Positions 1 to 11,054 of a DNA stretch of 64,000 nt are shown in pieces (position 1 is the first letter of the stretch; the number at the start of each line of letters is the position of its first letter). The DNA is from Bigelowiella natans CCMP2755 (lineage: Eukaryota; Protista; Cercozoa). Below the pieces are notes generated by a model that had not been told where the DNA came from, ran no database searches, and worked only from the letters and a program-made list of their open reading frames with translations. The DNA is taken from assembly GCA_000320545.1 (NCBI GenBank), contig ADNK01001316.1, positions 1 to 64,000 of the forward strand, read 5' to 3'. Made by a program: the position numbers and the translations under genes.

Positions 1-213
1 CCCAGAAGATTCCAAAAATGGCCGCAAAAATGGCTTAAAAACCGCATGTAAAATATATAAAACCACTAATCATGTCCGGGATCCCGTCCAGTTTCTCCCC
101 CTTTTTCCTCATTTTCCTCATTTTCATCCTCCTCCTTTTCCATTTGGGGTTTTCCCCCCCCCCCCCCCCCCCCTCCCTCTCTCTCGTCTCTCTCCCTCTT
201 CCTCTCTCCACCA

Positions 214-979
214 GGTTTACAAAGGTCTACCTTCCTTGGGTATTGTTCTACGGCACGTTCCTCAGCCTTCAGCCCTACCTTCCTTATGTGAACGACATGG
301 AGACCCTGTTTGATTGGTATGCTTACGGAGGAAAGCCTGATGTGCGAGATGATCCCTGGCACCTGTGGCTGATCAAGGTCGTTGCGGAACTGCTATTATC
401 TATCATCTCACGTCTACAACAACACCATCGGTCTAGAATAGCGTATCACTGCTGAAACAACTCACGCTGGAGTTGGGAAGAGCGTGGTTGCGGCGATGGT
501 TTCTGTGCTTTCCCTGGCACTGAACGATAACATAGCACCATTTCTAGCCCCCTCAGTAAGACCATTCTATCTCGGTATTTTGGTCATTTCGTAGAATCAT
601 CTATGAACAACTACCACAACTATATACTAATACTTACTACTGCTCCTCCTGCTGCTGCTGCTGCTACTAAAAGGTGTGGGCTTATTGCTCAATACATGGT
701 ATCATGGCTACGCAGGTAGTAGTTGTATTTGTTCTATTAATACACGTGTATGAGGTTCGGTTTGTTTGCACCAACGCACGCACGCGTCATATTTCCTGGC
801 ATGCTGCGGTCGTTCACACCAACACGTTGCAATGATAATCCCAACAACCATTAGGGTCTCCTTGCTGCAGCGCTGTCTTTTCGCAGTCAAAGGGTGCACA
901 TGGTTTGGATTATTTGTGTCATCATAGGCTGCATGTCCACAGGTCCCTCTTGAGATATTTCCTATCATTTGTCACCTGT

Positions 980-1017
<38 letters not shown>

Positions 1018-1368
1018 AAGCCCTGGAGAACGCGCCTTTTTATGATCAAGATAAAAGGTTGAATGTGCCAATATCATTATCATCTCTGTTCCATCAGGTA
1101 TTTCTTTTTACAAGGCGAGCCTTGTCGATAACATGGAGGTAAACCCAGAGAATAAGCTTCTCACAGGATTTCGGTAATATTGTATTATTAATGCCGTATC
1201 GTACTACTAAGTTCAAAGTAATATCCATAAAGGGGTGACATGGATTTGATGGTTGGAACGACGTCGTGTATTGATATCAGGGATTGTGGAATTGCTTGGA
1301 TATGTGTTTTGTGTGCCTACCTTTACGACAACAATGTGGCCAAGAAAGCTTCTCAAAAAATAAATTGA
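214..1368 (+). CDS. 3' part of a multi-exon, multi-pass membrane protein, possibly GPC1/DUF2838 glycerophosphocholine acyltransferase-like (5' end outside the window or unclear)
   Basis: Hand-spliced GT-AG exons give ...LPWVLFYGTFL...PWHLWLIK / VWAYCSIHGIMATQ / GLLAAALSFRSQRVHMVWIICVIIGCMST / GISFYKASL... / DCGIAWICVLCAYLY...KIN*. The H...G.SF pattern recalls the GPC1 C-terminus. Family call is tentative. Confidence 0.45.
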
Positions 1369-1622
1369 TCGGTACGAGTGTTTGTATGAGAAAGTATATG
1401 CGTGTACCATATGTTACCTCTTGGTGCGCTGTTTCACCTACTACATCGCGCCTCCTCAGCATCATTGATTCATCCCAATAGCTTGTGCTCATGCAGCCCA
1501 AGTGTCATCTTTATTAAAGTCTCGCGGTCTCTCTCTAGTTTTCATCTATCAGTGTGGCAGAGGCTGTACATTTTGGCTACGTCTGCAAATGTGAGCATGT
1601 TAAGTACCTGCAGCACGCACGT

Positions 1623-1730
1623 ATGAAACGGATGTACGAGTGTAATGAAATGGTTACATTTTTCAGATATTCGATTAATATCATCGTAATGTAGCTATGC
1701 AAAGGGGCGCTAGGGCGGCTACAGTGCGCA
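1623..1730 (-). repeat. Dispersed spacer element A (degenerate copy)
   Basis: Reverse complement TGTAGCCGCC...AGCTACATTACGATGA...CATTTCATTAC...ACATCCGTTTCAT matches the copies at 13386 and 30986. Confidence 0.75.
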
Positions 1731-1993
1731 TGCACATCGCATCTAGCCAAAATTCAACTATATATAATATGTACGTATGTCTATTGTTTCAATGCATACA
1801 CTTTGTCTTCATGTACATCGCCTTGATGAGCAGCTACTATGAATGGCACAATCCATCACTTGTGATCGTACTAGCGTACCTAGGTACTTTCTAGCGTTGC
1901 ATACTAGATATACGCCGAATCTCGCTTCGTGCGTGTGTCTGTTATGATAGACTCTACTCTATCTATAGCTGCCAGCTTAATGTACGACACATC

Positions 1994-2057
1994 ACAATAG
2001 ACGTACGTATAAATTACATATATAATATATATAATATATACTGTGTCTATATAGTCA
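1994..2057. repeat. Dispersed spacer element B (ATAGAC...AT-rich core...GTGTCTAT hairpin)
   Basis: ACAATAGACGTACGTATA...TATATACTGTGTCTAT, closely similar to 24523-24577. Confidence 0.75.
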
Positions 2058-2238
2058 TCATGCAGCGCGACACGCTTAATCACATCAAGTATACACAAAC
2101 ATGTGTCGCACTAGTACACGGGCAGCAAATAACACTGCTCTATGCTAGATACATGTGGAAACCTGTTGAGCATGCTATGAAACGCTTATAATTCATTCTA
2201 ATACATTAAAGACAACGTAAACTCTTCCTAATGAGCGG

Positions 2239-3993
2239 CTACAGCGCGGCACTCAGTTTCGCATTGAAGACATGGACACCCACGTAATAGATGATGGAAT
2301 GGACCAAAGCAGAAGCAGTAACCTTACTTGTTTGGCGCCATACGTAGCCACATACTATACCAAGTAGCAACGCGAAAAGAAACACGCCGCCATTCTTCTG
2401 GTGGTGCCATTGTCGATGGTCCATAACCTGGACGTGCAACAGAGAACGGGGGGGGGGAGCGGTTAGCGGCGATGATCAGTTGCGACAGTCATGGGACATT
2501 CTTCCCCTTAGTTGTGTCTTACCGCAATCGCGTATATCAGAGATGTAATGAGAAGGGCCATGTAGTCCATGAAAGTTGGAAATGATAACCAGCAGCAAAT
2601 GCCCCTGTACAGCAGCAATTTGTTCGAATACACTCATAAGACGTTGAGAGATATCAATTTAATAATATTTCTTTAAAAGGGAATTAGAGAGGTTGTAGTA
2701 AGTTGTTAGAATTGTACTGAAAACATGATACAGCGTGCGTACCTGGAATAGAAATCTTGATGTATTTCTTGGTATTCTTTTGCGTTCGGGGCTTGAAAGC
2801 CTGTATAAATGATTGTAGCCTCCGGATCAAGAATATCTTCATCAGCCCCATCCTCAGAGTCGTCGTTGTCCCCCTTCATTTCATTGTCATCTACGGCGCT
2901 GTATCTTGGATAGTCTCCCAAGCATAAAGCTGCCCTCTGATCCTGCGATGCAATTTAAATCAAGAACAACTTCGAGATGACGACTACGCCAACAGTTGAG
3001 GTTAGGTAGACAGACCCTTGTGTACTTGGAAATCTCTGCCGATGATTCGAGTCGTGAGTGGAGGAGATTTTGGATCACTCCTCGAAATAAAATCTCTTGG
3101 GGTAGGGAGACGAGGAGGTAAACCGTCAGAAATTGAGCTAAGGCCCACTCGATTTTCGGGTTGTCGGTTCCCTTACCGAAGTTCTCCGTTAGATACCCAA
3201 CCGGCAACAAAAGTACAGCTGCCAACACCAACCCAGAAATAATCCTTAAGATGTCTTTGCATGAGAAGAGAAGGCTAAAGCCAAAATCTCGCAACGGGCG
3301 GAGGCCATTGAAGACAAACAGGCCAGTGTTTACCGCGGTTAGCATGAGCATAGATATCTTTGGCCAGCTCTCTGCACATTTATTTCAATTTCGCGATTTA
3401 TCGTGAGATTACATCAACCCGGTGGTCAAATCAAAAGTGAAATGTTACCTTTGATTTGTAATTTAACGTCCGGAAGAAGGTCAGTGTAGAAATTCGACAG
3501 GACGGGCACAGCTAGTAGCAGGACAAGGCAAAGGTCGCCAGTATCCAGGGGCAATTTTCCCGGTGGTCTCATCATGCACACTCCCATTGGAAGTGCAATG
3601 TAGGCGTAAATAATAAAAATGTCCAAAACCAAGGTCGAAATATCCTAAAAAAAAAAGGTAGGTAGTGGGTGTTGATGTCAGTGGTCCATTGGACGGACAC
3701 CACTCATAGTTCCGTGTGCGGATGATCTGAAAAGCGTAATCTAATACTCGCCAGATGTTTGAAACTACCTTGTCTTCCGTGTTCAAAAGCAATATATCAG
3801 GCAACACAAGGATTTTAGCGACTAGGAATGGAACCCATTGACGTCTAAAACGTGTAAGTTCGAGATTGTCCCTTGCATAATAAGTTGTCTCCATCCATCT
3901 TCCAAACCCAGGGAAGGCAAACAAGGCCATGGGGACGAATAGAAGTGACCCCCCAAGCCATCGGAGAGTTACATTTGTGGCAGTAACCCCCAT
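2239..3993 (-). CDS. CPBP/Abi (Rce1-type CAAX protease family) intramembrane protein with degenerate catalytic motifs; 5' end uncertain
   Basis: Exons encode several TM helices, LPQEILFRGVIQNLL (motif 1 EExxFRG-like) and GIVCGYVWRQTSKVTASALVHSIIYY (motif 4 region). Confidence 0.75.
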
Positions 3994-4573
3994 TAGCTGT
4001 AGGGATAAAGAGAGCAGCGAGGACCTTCCTCCTCCTCCTCTCTCTCGCCTCGTTCCACCACTTCGAGCAGCCAAGCAATTGTGTTTGAAAGGTATTATTA
4101 AGACTTAATAGTGACAGGAGCTCGTTGGTTTCACCCCCAAATCATCAATTAATCCTCTGAATATGCTATTTTTCCGAATAAATAGCCACCCTTTTGCTAA
4201 TTCGATCCATCCTACGGGCAACTTATCCAATCCAACTTGTGTGCGAGTATCCTGTGGAGAATGTCGTAGGTGGAAAATAGATCTGGAGAATGTCCTGCGA
4301 CAAAGTAATACGTCCCAAAACTTAAAAAATTCTGACGTCTCTTTCTTGTCTCTAGCTTCATTGCTGGTCGTTTTGAGGCAAGATTCTATCGGATAAATAT
4401 CGTAGCTTAGGATGAAATGACGACTGACTAAAGGATGAGAACAACAACGAAGAACTATCGACCATAGACAACCATAGACCAAGTCACGTCGCCTTCCATC
4501 CCCCCTCCCCGCCCACAACGAGGAGCACTGAGCCAGAAAGCCAGAGCTGCGATCTTTTGGATCTGGCCTCATC

Positions 4574-5458
4574 ATGGCGATGGTTGCAATCCTTGTAATT
4601 GCGTGCAACTCGTGGATGGTGGCCTCTTCTTTCCATGCGAGTTCGCACCAGCGCCAGTATTCACCACGCTCCCGGCCTCAAGCTGGAGGAGTTGCTTACG
4701 CTGACACAAAGGTGCCACTATTTTCAAGAAGAGCAAATAGAATGCTTCTCCATTCTCAAGACCGGAACTCCGAGAATAGGCGCCGCCTCCCTAAGTGCTC
4801 AGCTACCTTCAATAAAAAGAAATTTGAAAACGACGGACCTTTTAAGTAATACGACGCTGAGGACAAGGACGATGGCAGTGATGGCCACAAAATGATGATA
4901 ATAATAATAATGATGATAAGCGACGGTGGTGTATGATGGCCAGAGCACGCTCAATTTTAAATTCAGCGAGAGATCAAATTCTGTAAACTACACAGGTTTA
5001 TGAAGCCTGTGCTGGACAACTATATGAAACCTGGTCAGAGAGTAGAAGTAGAGTGATAGGCTGCCACTCTGCAAGGCTGCCCAATAAATCATATTTCAAT
5101 AATTTCAACCAGGTAAGGGGAAGAAGGTGGTATTCGGAGTGCTTCAACGAGATGTAGGTGGGTGGTTTTTGCTCCGTATATGCTCGCACCACGTTAAGAT
5201 ACATCGATGGTGTTGAATAGTATGTCCTGATTTATTTATTTACCAACACCCATTTGTAGACCCAGCGACCATTCCTCGAAGTGAAGAAGATCGAGCAAAG
5301 CTAAGAGATCAAGCAGCAAGTATGATAAACATGATGGCAGTGGCGGCGATGATGCAAATGATGATTGGGATGTGTACAGCAGTTACAATGCCAATGATTT
5401 CTACGAAAATCACCTCATCACAAATACCAAAATTATAATCATTATGCAAACAAACAAA

Positions 5459-5496
<38 letters not shown>

Positions 5497-6010
5497 GTCG
5501 TTGCTCTGGTACAGGAGATCTAACGAACATTGATTTGGAAGAACGGCAACGAAGGCGTAGGGTTGGACAGGTGATCAGCAATGATGATCATGTAGAAGAA
5601 GAACAAGGAGGAGGAGGAGGAGGAGAAGCAAAGATGGCATGTGGAAACGCTGCTAGAATGTTCCTGGCACAATAGAGGCGATTACAAAATACCTTCCGCA
5701 TTTTGCATCAATAGTTGATCTGCATGTTCGTCCTCCTTTTTGGGGCCACCCATACTAACGCTCCTCATCGTCCTCCTCTCCTTCTTCACACTCATCTGTT
5801 TGTTTAGGGATTAAACATTTTGAGTGCTGTCCTGGGAGTTACTCTTGTGTTCCTACATGTGAGTGAGCATGCATCAGCTGCCATCTCATGTATTCGCGAG
5901 TTTATGGGGGGCGCTGGGAATAATAGGGAGATGGAGATATAGAGGATACTCGCATGGATTGTATCATGCCAGATCATTTTTGTGCGTCTTGTGCGTCTGT
6001 GTGTTTCCAC

Positions 6011-6044
<34 letters not shown>

Positions 6045-6932
6045 GTCATCATGAACACCAACAAAAATAACAACTCCGTTTTGACCGTGTCTTTGTTGCT
6101 CTGTGGTAGGTTCCAGCTTTATCAAGACTTGCAATTTTCTTTCCCCTTGCTTTCGCAGAAGTAGGGGAATGCCTCTAGCTAGCGTTTCAATAAGCAGTAT
6201 CTGATTTTTCGGGGGGAGCGGGGGGGGGGGGGGAGTATTCCCAACAAAATCATATTCACCCTACATATACAGCAATTGGAATTAGTAGGATGGATGCTGA
6301 CCAGGACGTGCCTATTTCCCCCCCCCCTCCCACTCAGGGCTACATCACATCTGCGAACACTGGATTATGAAATATCGCGCAGACTGGTGTTTGGGATGGT
6401 AGCACACTCATTATTCTCAGTATAAATATAGCTTAGACTAAGACGGTAGTGGCGGCCAGAGTTGCATGCTCACGAACGCACATCCATACATTTATCAACC
6501 AAACACCACCGTAGTTGATGGCACCGGTCTGCAAGAAATCGAGGATGAAGATGTGGCTAAGAAGATCTTAGAAAAGGTGGTGTGGGTAGCATGCACATTC
6601 AAGCTTAGCGCGGCAGTGTCATCACTCTTCGATCGGCTCAAGATGTAAGTGCTATCATGTGTGTCCTCCTCCTCAGGTGAACAAAATGAACAGCTCCACG
6701 GGAGGCCAGAGCGCCATCATTGCTCTAATTTATGCGGCCCTTGCTGTTCCAGGTAGAAATACATTGTAGTGATACAATAGCGATTATCGAGGAATGGGAG
6801 GTCATTTGGATGGTGTTAGATGATGGTCGATGAAAGTTGTCTGTAGACGTGTGCGATGTCGGTGTATGTGCTGATTTCCTGACTGGATTCCGCACTACCC
6901 CAGTTCATTACGCTCTATCTTCTCTGATCTAA
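4574..6932 (+). CDS. Candidate plastid-targeted membrane selenoprotein, 266 aa with an in-frame TGA at codon 202
   Basis: Exons 4574-4845, 4996-5033, 5113-5157, 5260-5319, 5515-5570, 5808-5858, 6110-6160, 6338-6398, 6515-6576, 6677-6752 and 6904-6932 are all GT-AG and phase-consistent (801 nt). The N-terminus is a hydrophobic signal followed by an S/R-rich transit-like region. There is a single TGA at 6368-6370 and the terminal stop is TAA at 6930-6932. Confidence 0.75.
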
Positions 6933-7013
6933 GCTGCTGCTTCTGCGACGAAATCCTCTACATCTGTCAATATCTTCCTTGCTATGAACTCCAGCTGCCA
7001 AAAATATGAAACT

Positions 7014-7055
7014 GTGATCAGAACATCAATCAATTTGAATGATGTTCGGTATCGA
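7014..7055 (+). promoter_or_regulatory. 3' UTR hairpin, imperfect SECIS-like candidate
   Basis: GTGA, 10 nt, AA, TCA/TGA mini-stem, GAACATC/GATGTTC helix and GA at 7054-7055. The 3' GA is about 3 nt out of register for a canonical core. Confidence 0.25.
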
Positions 7056-7768
7056 AATAAAAAAAAACATTCTGACTATGATGCGCTCATGTCGGACGGT
7101 GCCTCACGGTGGAGATAAAAGTTGAATGAGGTCTAGATGATGATACTAAGAAAAACCAAAAAAATAGAAACGGGCTGTTTCTCGAGTTTTGTCTCTGGGA
7201 GGATTCGAGATAACAACCACTGAGAAAGAAATATTTCATGAAAGACTTCAGATACTAAGGCAGTAGGAGCGCGCGCGCTGCTTTAAAAAAGCTTCGAGAT
7301 TTTCAGATGATGCAATAGACACTACGCCTACAGTTGATAATAAATTATATATCAACAATGCGGACGTTAAATTTTAGATTGCTGCATGTAGGCATATAAG
7401 CTGCTGTGACTGCCACACACTAGACACATGCACGGCGCCTATTAAACTGTACTGCATGCGACGCATAGCATCGAAGCGCACCTTGTTTCCAGCAGACTTG
7501 CCTTGTTGGGTCGCGTGGCGCTAGACATGAGCCACGCTATGTCTAAATGTAGCTAACCATGCTGGACTGCGCTAGCTACTGATACAAAATATTCGAATAT
7601 GGCTGCTACTGATCGAGTGGCAAAGAGCCTTGTCTATGCGAGCTGACTGCGCGCGCAGATTGCGCAACGCCGTTAGATCATATAAGGATAATATTCATCA
7701 TTACTCGTAGATTCATTTGTGCCGTTCACACGAGGCAAATGCGTCTACGTATAATGTAATTGTTTTCT

Positions 7769-10021
7769 TTAATTATCGCCCAGCACGTCAATGTTTTTCA
7801 TCGCATCACGTAACGCTGTCTTCAGGAGGTCGGTTGTTATCGTGTCTCGAGGATGTATTCCGAGAGCCTTATGATAATACTGTATGGCAAGATCCAGATT
7901 CCCGCGCAGATGATGTGTAAACCCAAGCGACGTGTATATCATCGGGCTCTTTGGAGCAACAGTAAGAGCTTTCTCGTAAAACTTCACCGCCTCTTCGAAC
8001 ATCCCTCGCTTTCTATACGTGTGCGCAAGGTTTATGAAAGTCGGTTCCCAAGCCTCCATCGCTTCCCCCGACGTTAGCTTCAGGGCCTTGTGGAAGTACA
8101 CAGCTGCGCCTTCGTAATCCCTTGATTTGTACGCAACGACGCCCATTTCATGGTATGTCAAAGGGTCCGTTGGGCATATAAGTTGGGCTTGCTGTAAGAA
8201 TTGCCTGGCAGAACTCAAGGTATTTGTGCGCAGATGCTCGATCCCCATGCATAGAAGCGGCACGTGAGACCCACGAAACAGGCGTGTCGCGGTTCTATAC
8301 GCCGCCATTGCCTGGTCGCTTTCGTCTTTCATAGCGAAGGAGTGCCCGAACCCTATCCAGGCTGGAGCGAAGTATTGCTCTATTTGTATCGATTTGTGGA
8401 AGAACCGCCGAGCCATCTCGTACTTTCTAATTAAATAGTAGTACGCGGCCACGGCAAACCACGATATCGGCTTTGTTGGGTAGGATTCGACCAGCTGGTG
8501 GGCGAGAAAGAACAGCTGGGTCTTGAGATTGAGCTCCACAAGACAGCAGATGTGGACTGGGAGGACGCTATGGTGGAAAGGGTCTCGCTCAACAATGTCC
8601 TTGGTGATATCGTATGCTCTTTGGAATCGATTCTTCCAATAGTGTTGGTTCGCTTGCGCCGTCAGGATCTCCAGATTATCCCTTAAGTTGAACTTCTTCT
8701 CGAGGCACTTGGCCAGCTGGTCTACGTCAGTGCTTTTTTCTTCGTGCTGCTGCAGCTTGAGCTTGTACATTGGCTGGAGCCATTTGTACGCAGTGTTCGA
8801 TTTCTCCAAGGATTGCAGGAGCTGCCGTTGCTCGTCGTAGCCGATCATCCTCTTATCAACGAGGTTGTTGAGGGCTTCGTAGCATTTCATGTCTGCGCTT
8901 AGTGCCGCCTTGTACCACCTCACGGCGCGATCACGATTTTCAAGGGCCTCGTAAACCTTCCCCCTAGTCAAGCAAATTGACGACTTCAGGCTTATAGTGG
9001 AATCGTCATCTCCTCCTCCAGCCTCATCCGTTTCAACGATATTTCTGGGATCAAGGCAGAACAACCAAAAGCAACAGAAAAAAACTCAATTCTTTTCGAA
9101 GGAATGGCCAATTAACTGCTGGTAAAAGACTACTAGCACGGCTAAGAACGACCTTTCTATTGCCGACTTCTCATCCTCTCCAATAACACTAAGACACTCT
9201 TCCCAGTCTTTCATTCCAAATAGACACTGTGCGGCTAGTACAAGACAACGGTACGGATTAGTATTCTCGAATAACGTCGAGGTGGGGGGGGGTGGGGGGG
9301 TTGAGGGGGTGGCAAATTGCACAGAGTAGCTACCAAGAAGTGCGAATCGAAGCGAAGACTTTATGAGATTGTTTTCCTTCAGGAAATGCACAGCTCGTCG
9401 ATACTCCTTCTTGTAATAGTACGCTTGGGCCAGTAGAAACATATCGTTCGGCTTGCCTTGGAAAAATAGAAGCACAACACCATGATTTGGTCTCCTTTCA
9501 TTATCAAGAATGGAGGGTGGAAAAGAATGGCTTGTTTCTGATGTGAGATGATGCAACACCATGCGTTAAACATACGACCGTCATGACCAAGCAATGTTCA
9601 ATTGTTGTTGAGGATGTCACTGTCGTCATCGTCGTCATGCGCACACGTACTTACTTCCGGATAAAGTGCAGAGCTTATCCGCGTAAAAGATAGCAGAATC
9701 ATAGGTGTGTTGAAGAAAACACGATTCAACCAGCTTCCTGAGCTTTTGCAGGTGTTCATTGCTGGAGGGTATCCAGGGGGAGTCCGCCATGCCTCCTCCT
9801 CCTCCTCCTCGGCCTCCTACAGGGGTGGAAGCTGCCTTCCAAATACGTCGCGGCTGTGGCTTTGATGCCGAGCTACCACCGGTATTATTGCTGCCGCGTG
9901 GAGGGAACAATGAAGAAGTGGCAGTTGGCGTTGCAGTGGAGGTCCCGTCAGCATCCTCGGTAATACCAGGGAGAAACGGCGAGTCAAACATGCCATTCCT
10001 TTCTGATGAAGACGAATCCAT
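7769..10021 (-). CDS. CDC16: Anaphase-promoting complex subunit 6 (CDC16/APC6), TPR protein
   Basis: SAIFYADKL, RGKVYEALENRDRA, SWFAVAAYYY, APAWIGFGHSFAMKDESDQAMAAYRTATRLFRGSHVPLLCMG and C-terminal TPRs. ATG at 10021 with short introns in the 5' part. Confidence 0.95.
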
Positions 10022-10680
10022 TGATACTCGGTCGAGGGAGTAGCAAGCTGTTGCGCACAATTCTCAGGCTGGCGACTTTCTGAAATTGGGGGTGAGGGTG
10101 GACGACGTAGACAAATGCGATTAGCTCACACCAATTATTGGAGCGTTCAGCTTTCGCATATATGATACGGCTCAACTATGTATCCTATAACGGAGAAAGA
10201 TTGACAATTTTGCTAGGACTAGCAGTTGTGTGACGAAGTGGCCGAAAATTCCACAAAATGGCTCCATTACAGCTCGGCAGCTAACGTTCATTTTTCTCAC
10301 ACGCATCACTTTCTCAACATTATAATAACACATACTATATAAGCGCGAAAAGTCCAAAGAAAGGGCACAGACGGAACGGTAGGCAAGTGAATTATCGATA
10401 TGGCTGCGACGGCGGTGTGATGAGCACGTGATCGCATTCATTGTACTCACATCTGCTGGATGCCGGGAACTCAATTCTCTCTGCTGAATTCTCCCTCCTC
10501 GTCCTCTTCGTGTTGCAGCGCCTGTGCTCGTTTGCAGGCCGCTCCTCTCTCCTCTGCTTCTTCCTCAGTCGCCTGGGTGCGGGGTCCGTTTGGATTGCTT
10601 TGGTTCCCGCGTGTTCTGCTGGATTGGTGCTCGGTTTGCTTTTGAGATAAACCGATGGCATTTTTGATGGACGACTCCAA

Positions 10681-10692
10681 TTTCCCGCCAAA
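10681..10692. promoter_or_regulatory. E2F/DP-type site TTTCCCGCCAAA in the CDC16-RPN7 divergent promoter
   Basis: Matches the TTTSSCGC consensus on both strands. An ATTGG (CCAAT) box lies near 10850. Confidence 0.35.
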
Positions 10693-11054
10693 AATACGGC
10701 CGACAGGAACCGCTACTACCGGTTTTTTACTGCCGAGAGCTACTTCCCACAACTCGCCTGTGGGCCCGGTTTTTAAGCTGCCACTCACCGGCAAAGAGAC
10801 CACGCGCATTTTGGAGAATTCGCCACGAATTCTTGGTTATTCGCCACTGATTGGGGTGGTTTTCGAATTTTCAGATAAAGCGAAGTTGGCGTGGATAGTC
10901 TGAACGGTTTGCATTACGCACTCCAGCTCCATTGTCCTTGGTCCAATCGTATCCTCAGTGCAAGGTCACACTTCTTGCTCGATCTTAGCTCGCACACACT
11001 GACACCATCACCAGGTAGTCACGTTGTTATCATCATCAGGTACAGTTGAGAAAT

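Noticed and set aside
1-213. Odd pyrimidine and homopolymer stretch translated as hydrophobic or charged ORFs
   Set aside because: It is most likely intron sequence (it ends in CAG at about 213) and possibly low-quality sequence; no coding signal.
4105-4608. 167-aa minus-strand ORF overlapping the start of the UGA gene
   Set aside because: No motif; it probably spans the promoter or 5' exons of the CPBP gene and cannot be supported as a separate gene.
6338-6398. Alternative stop-free frame of the TGA exon (ATSHLRTLDYEISRR...)
   Set aside because: It is out of phase with the upstream exon, which ends in phase 0 at 6160, and hits TAG in the next exon.
6984-7017. ATGA-N12-AA as a canonical SECIS
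   Set aside because: No complementary helix II strand, and the AA-to-GA spacing is too short.
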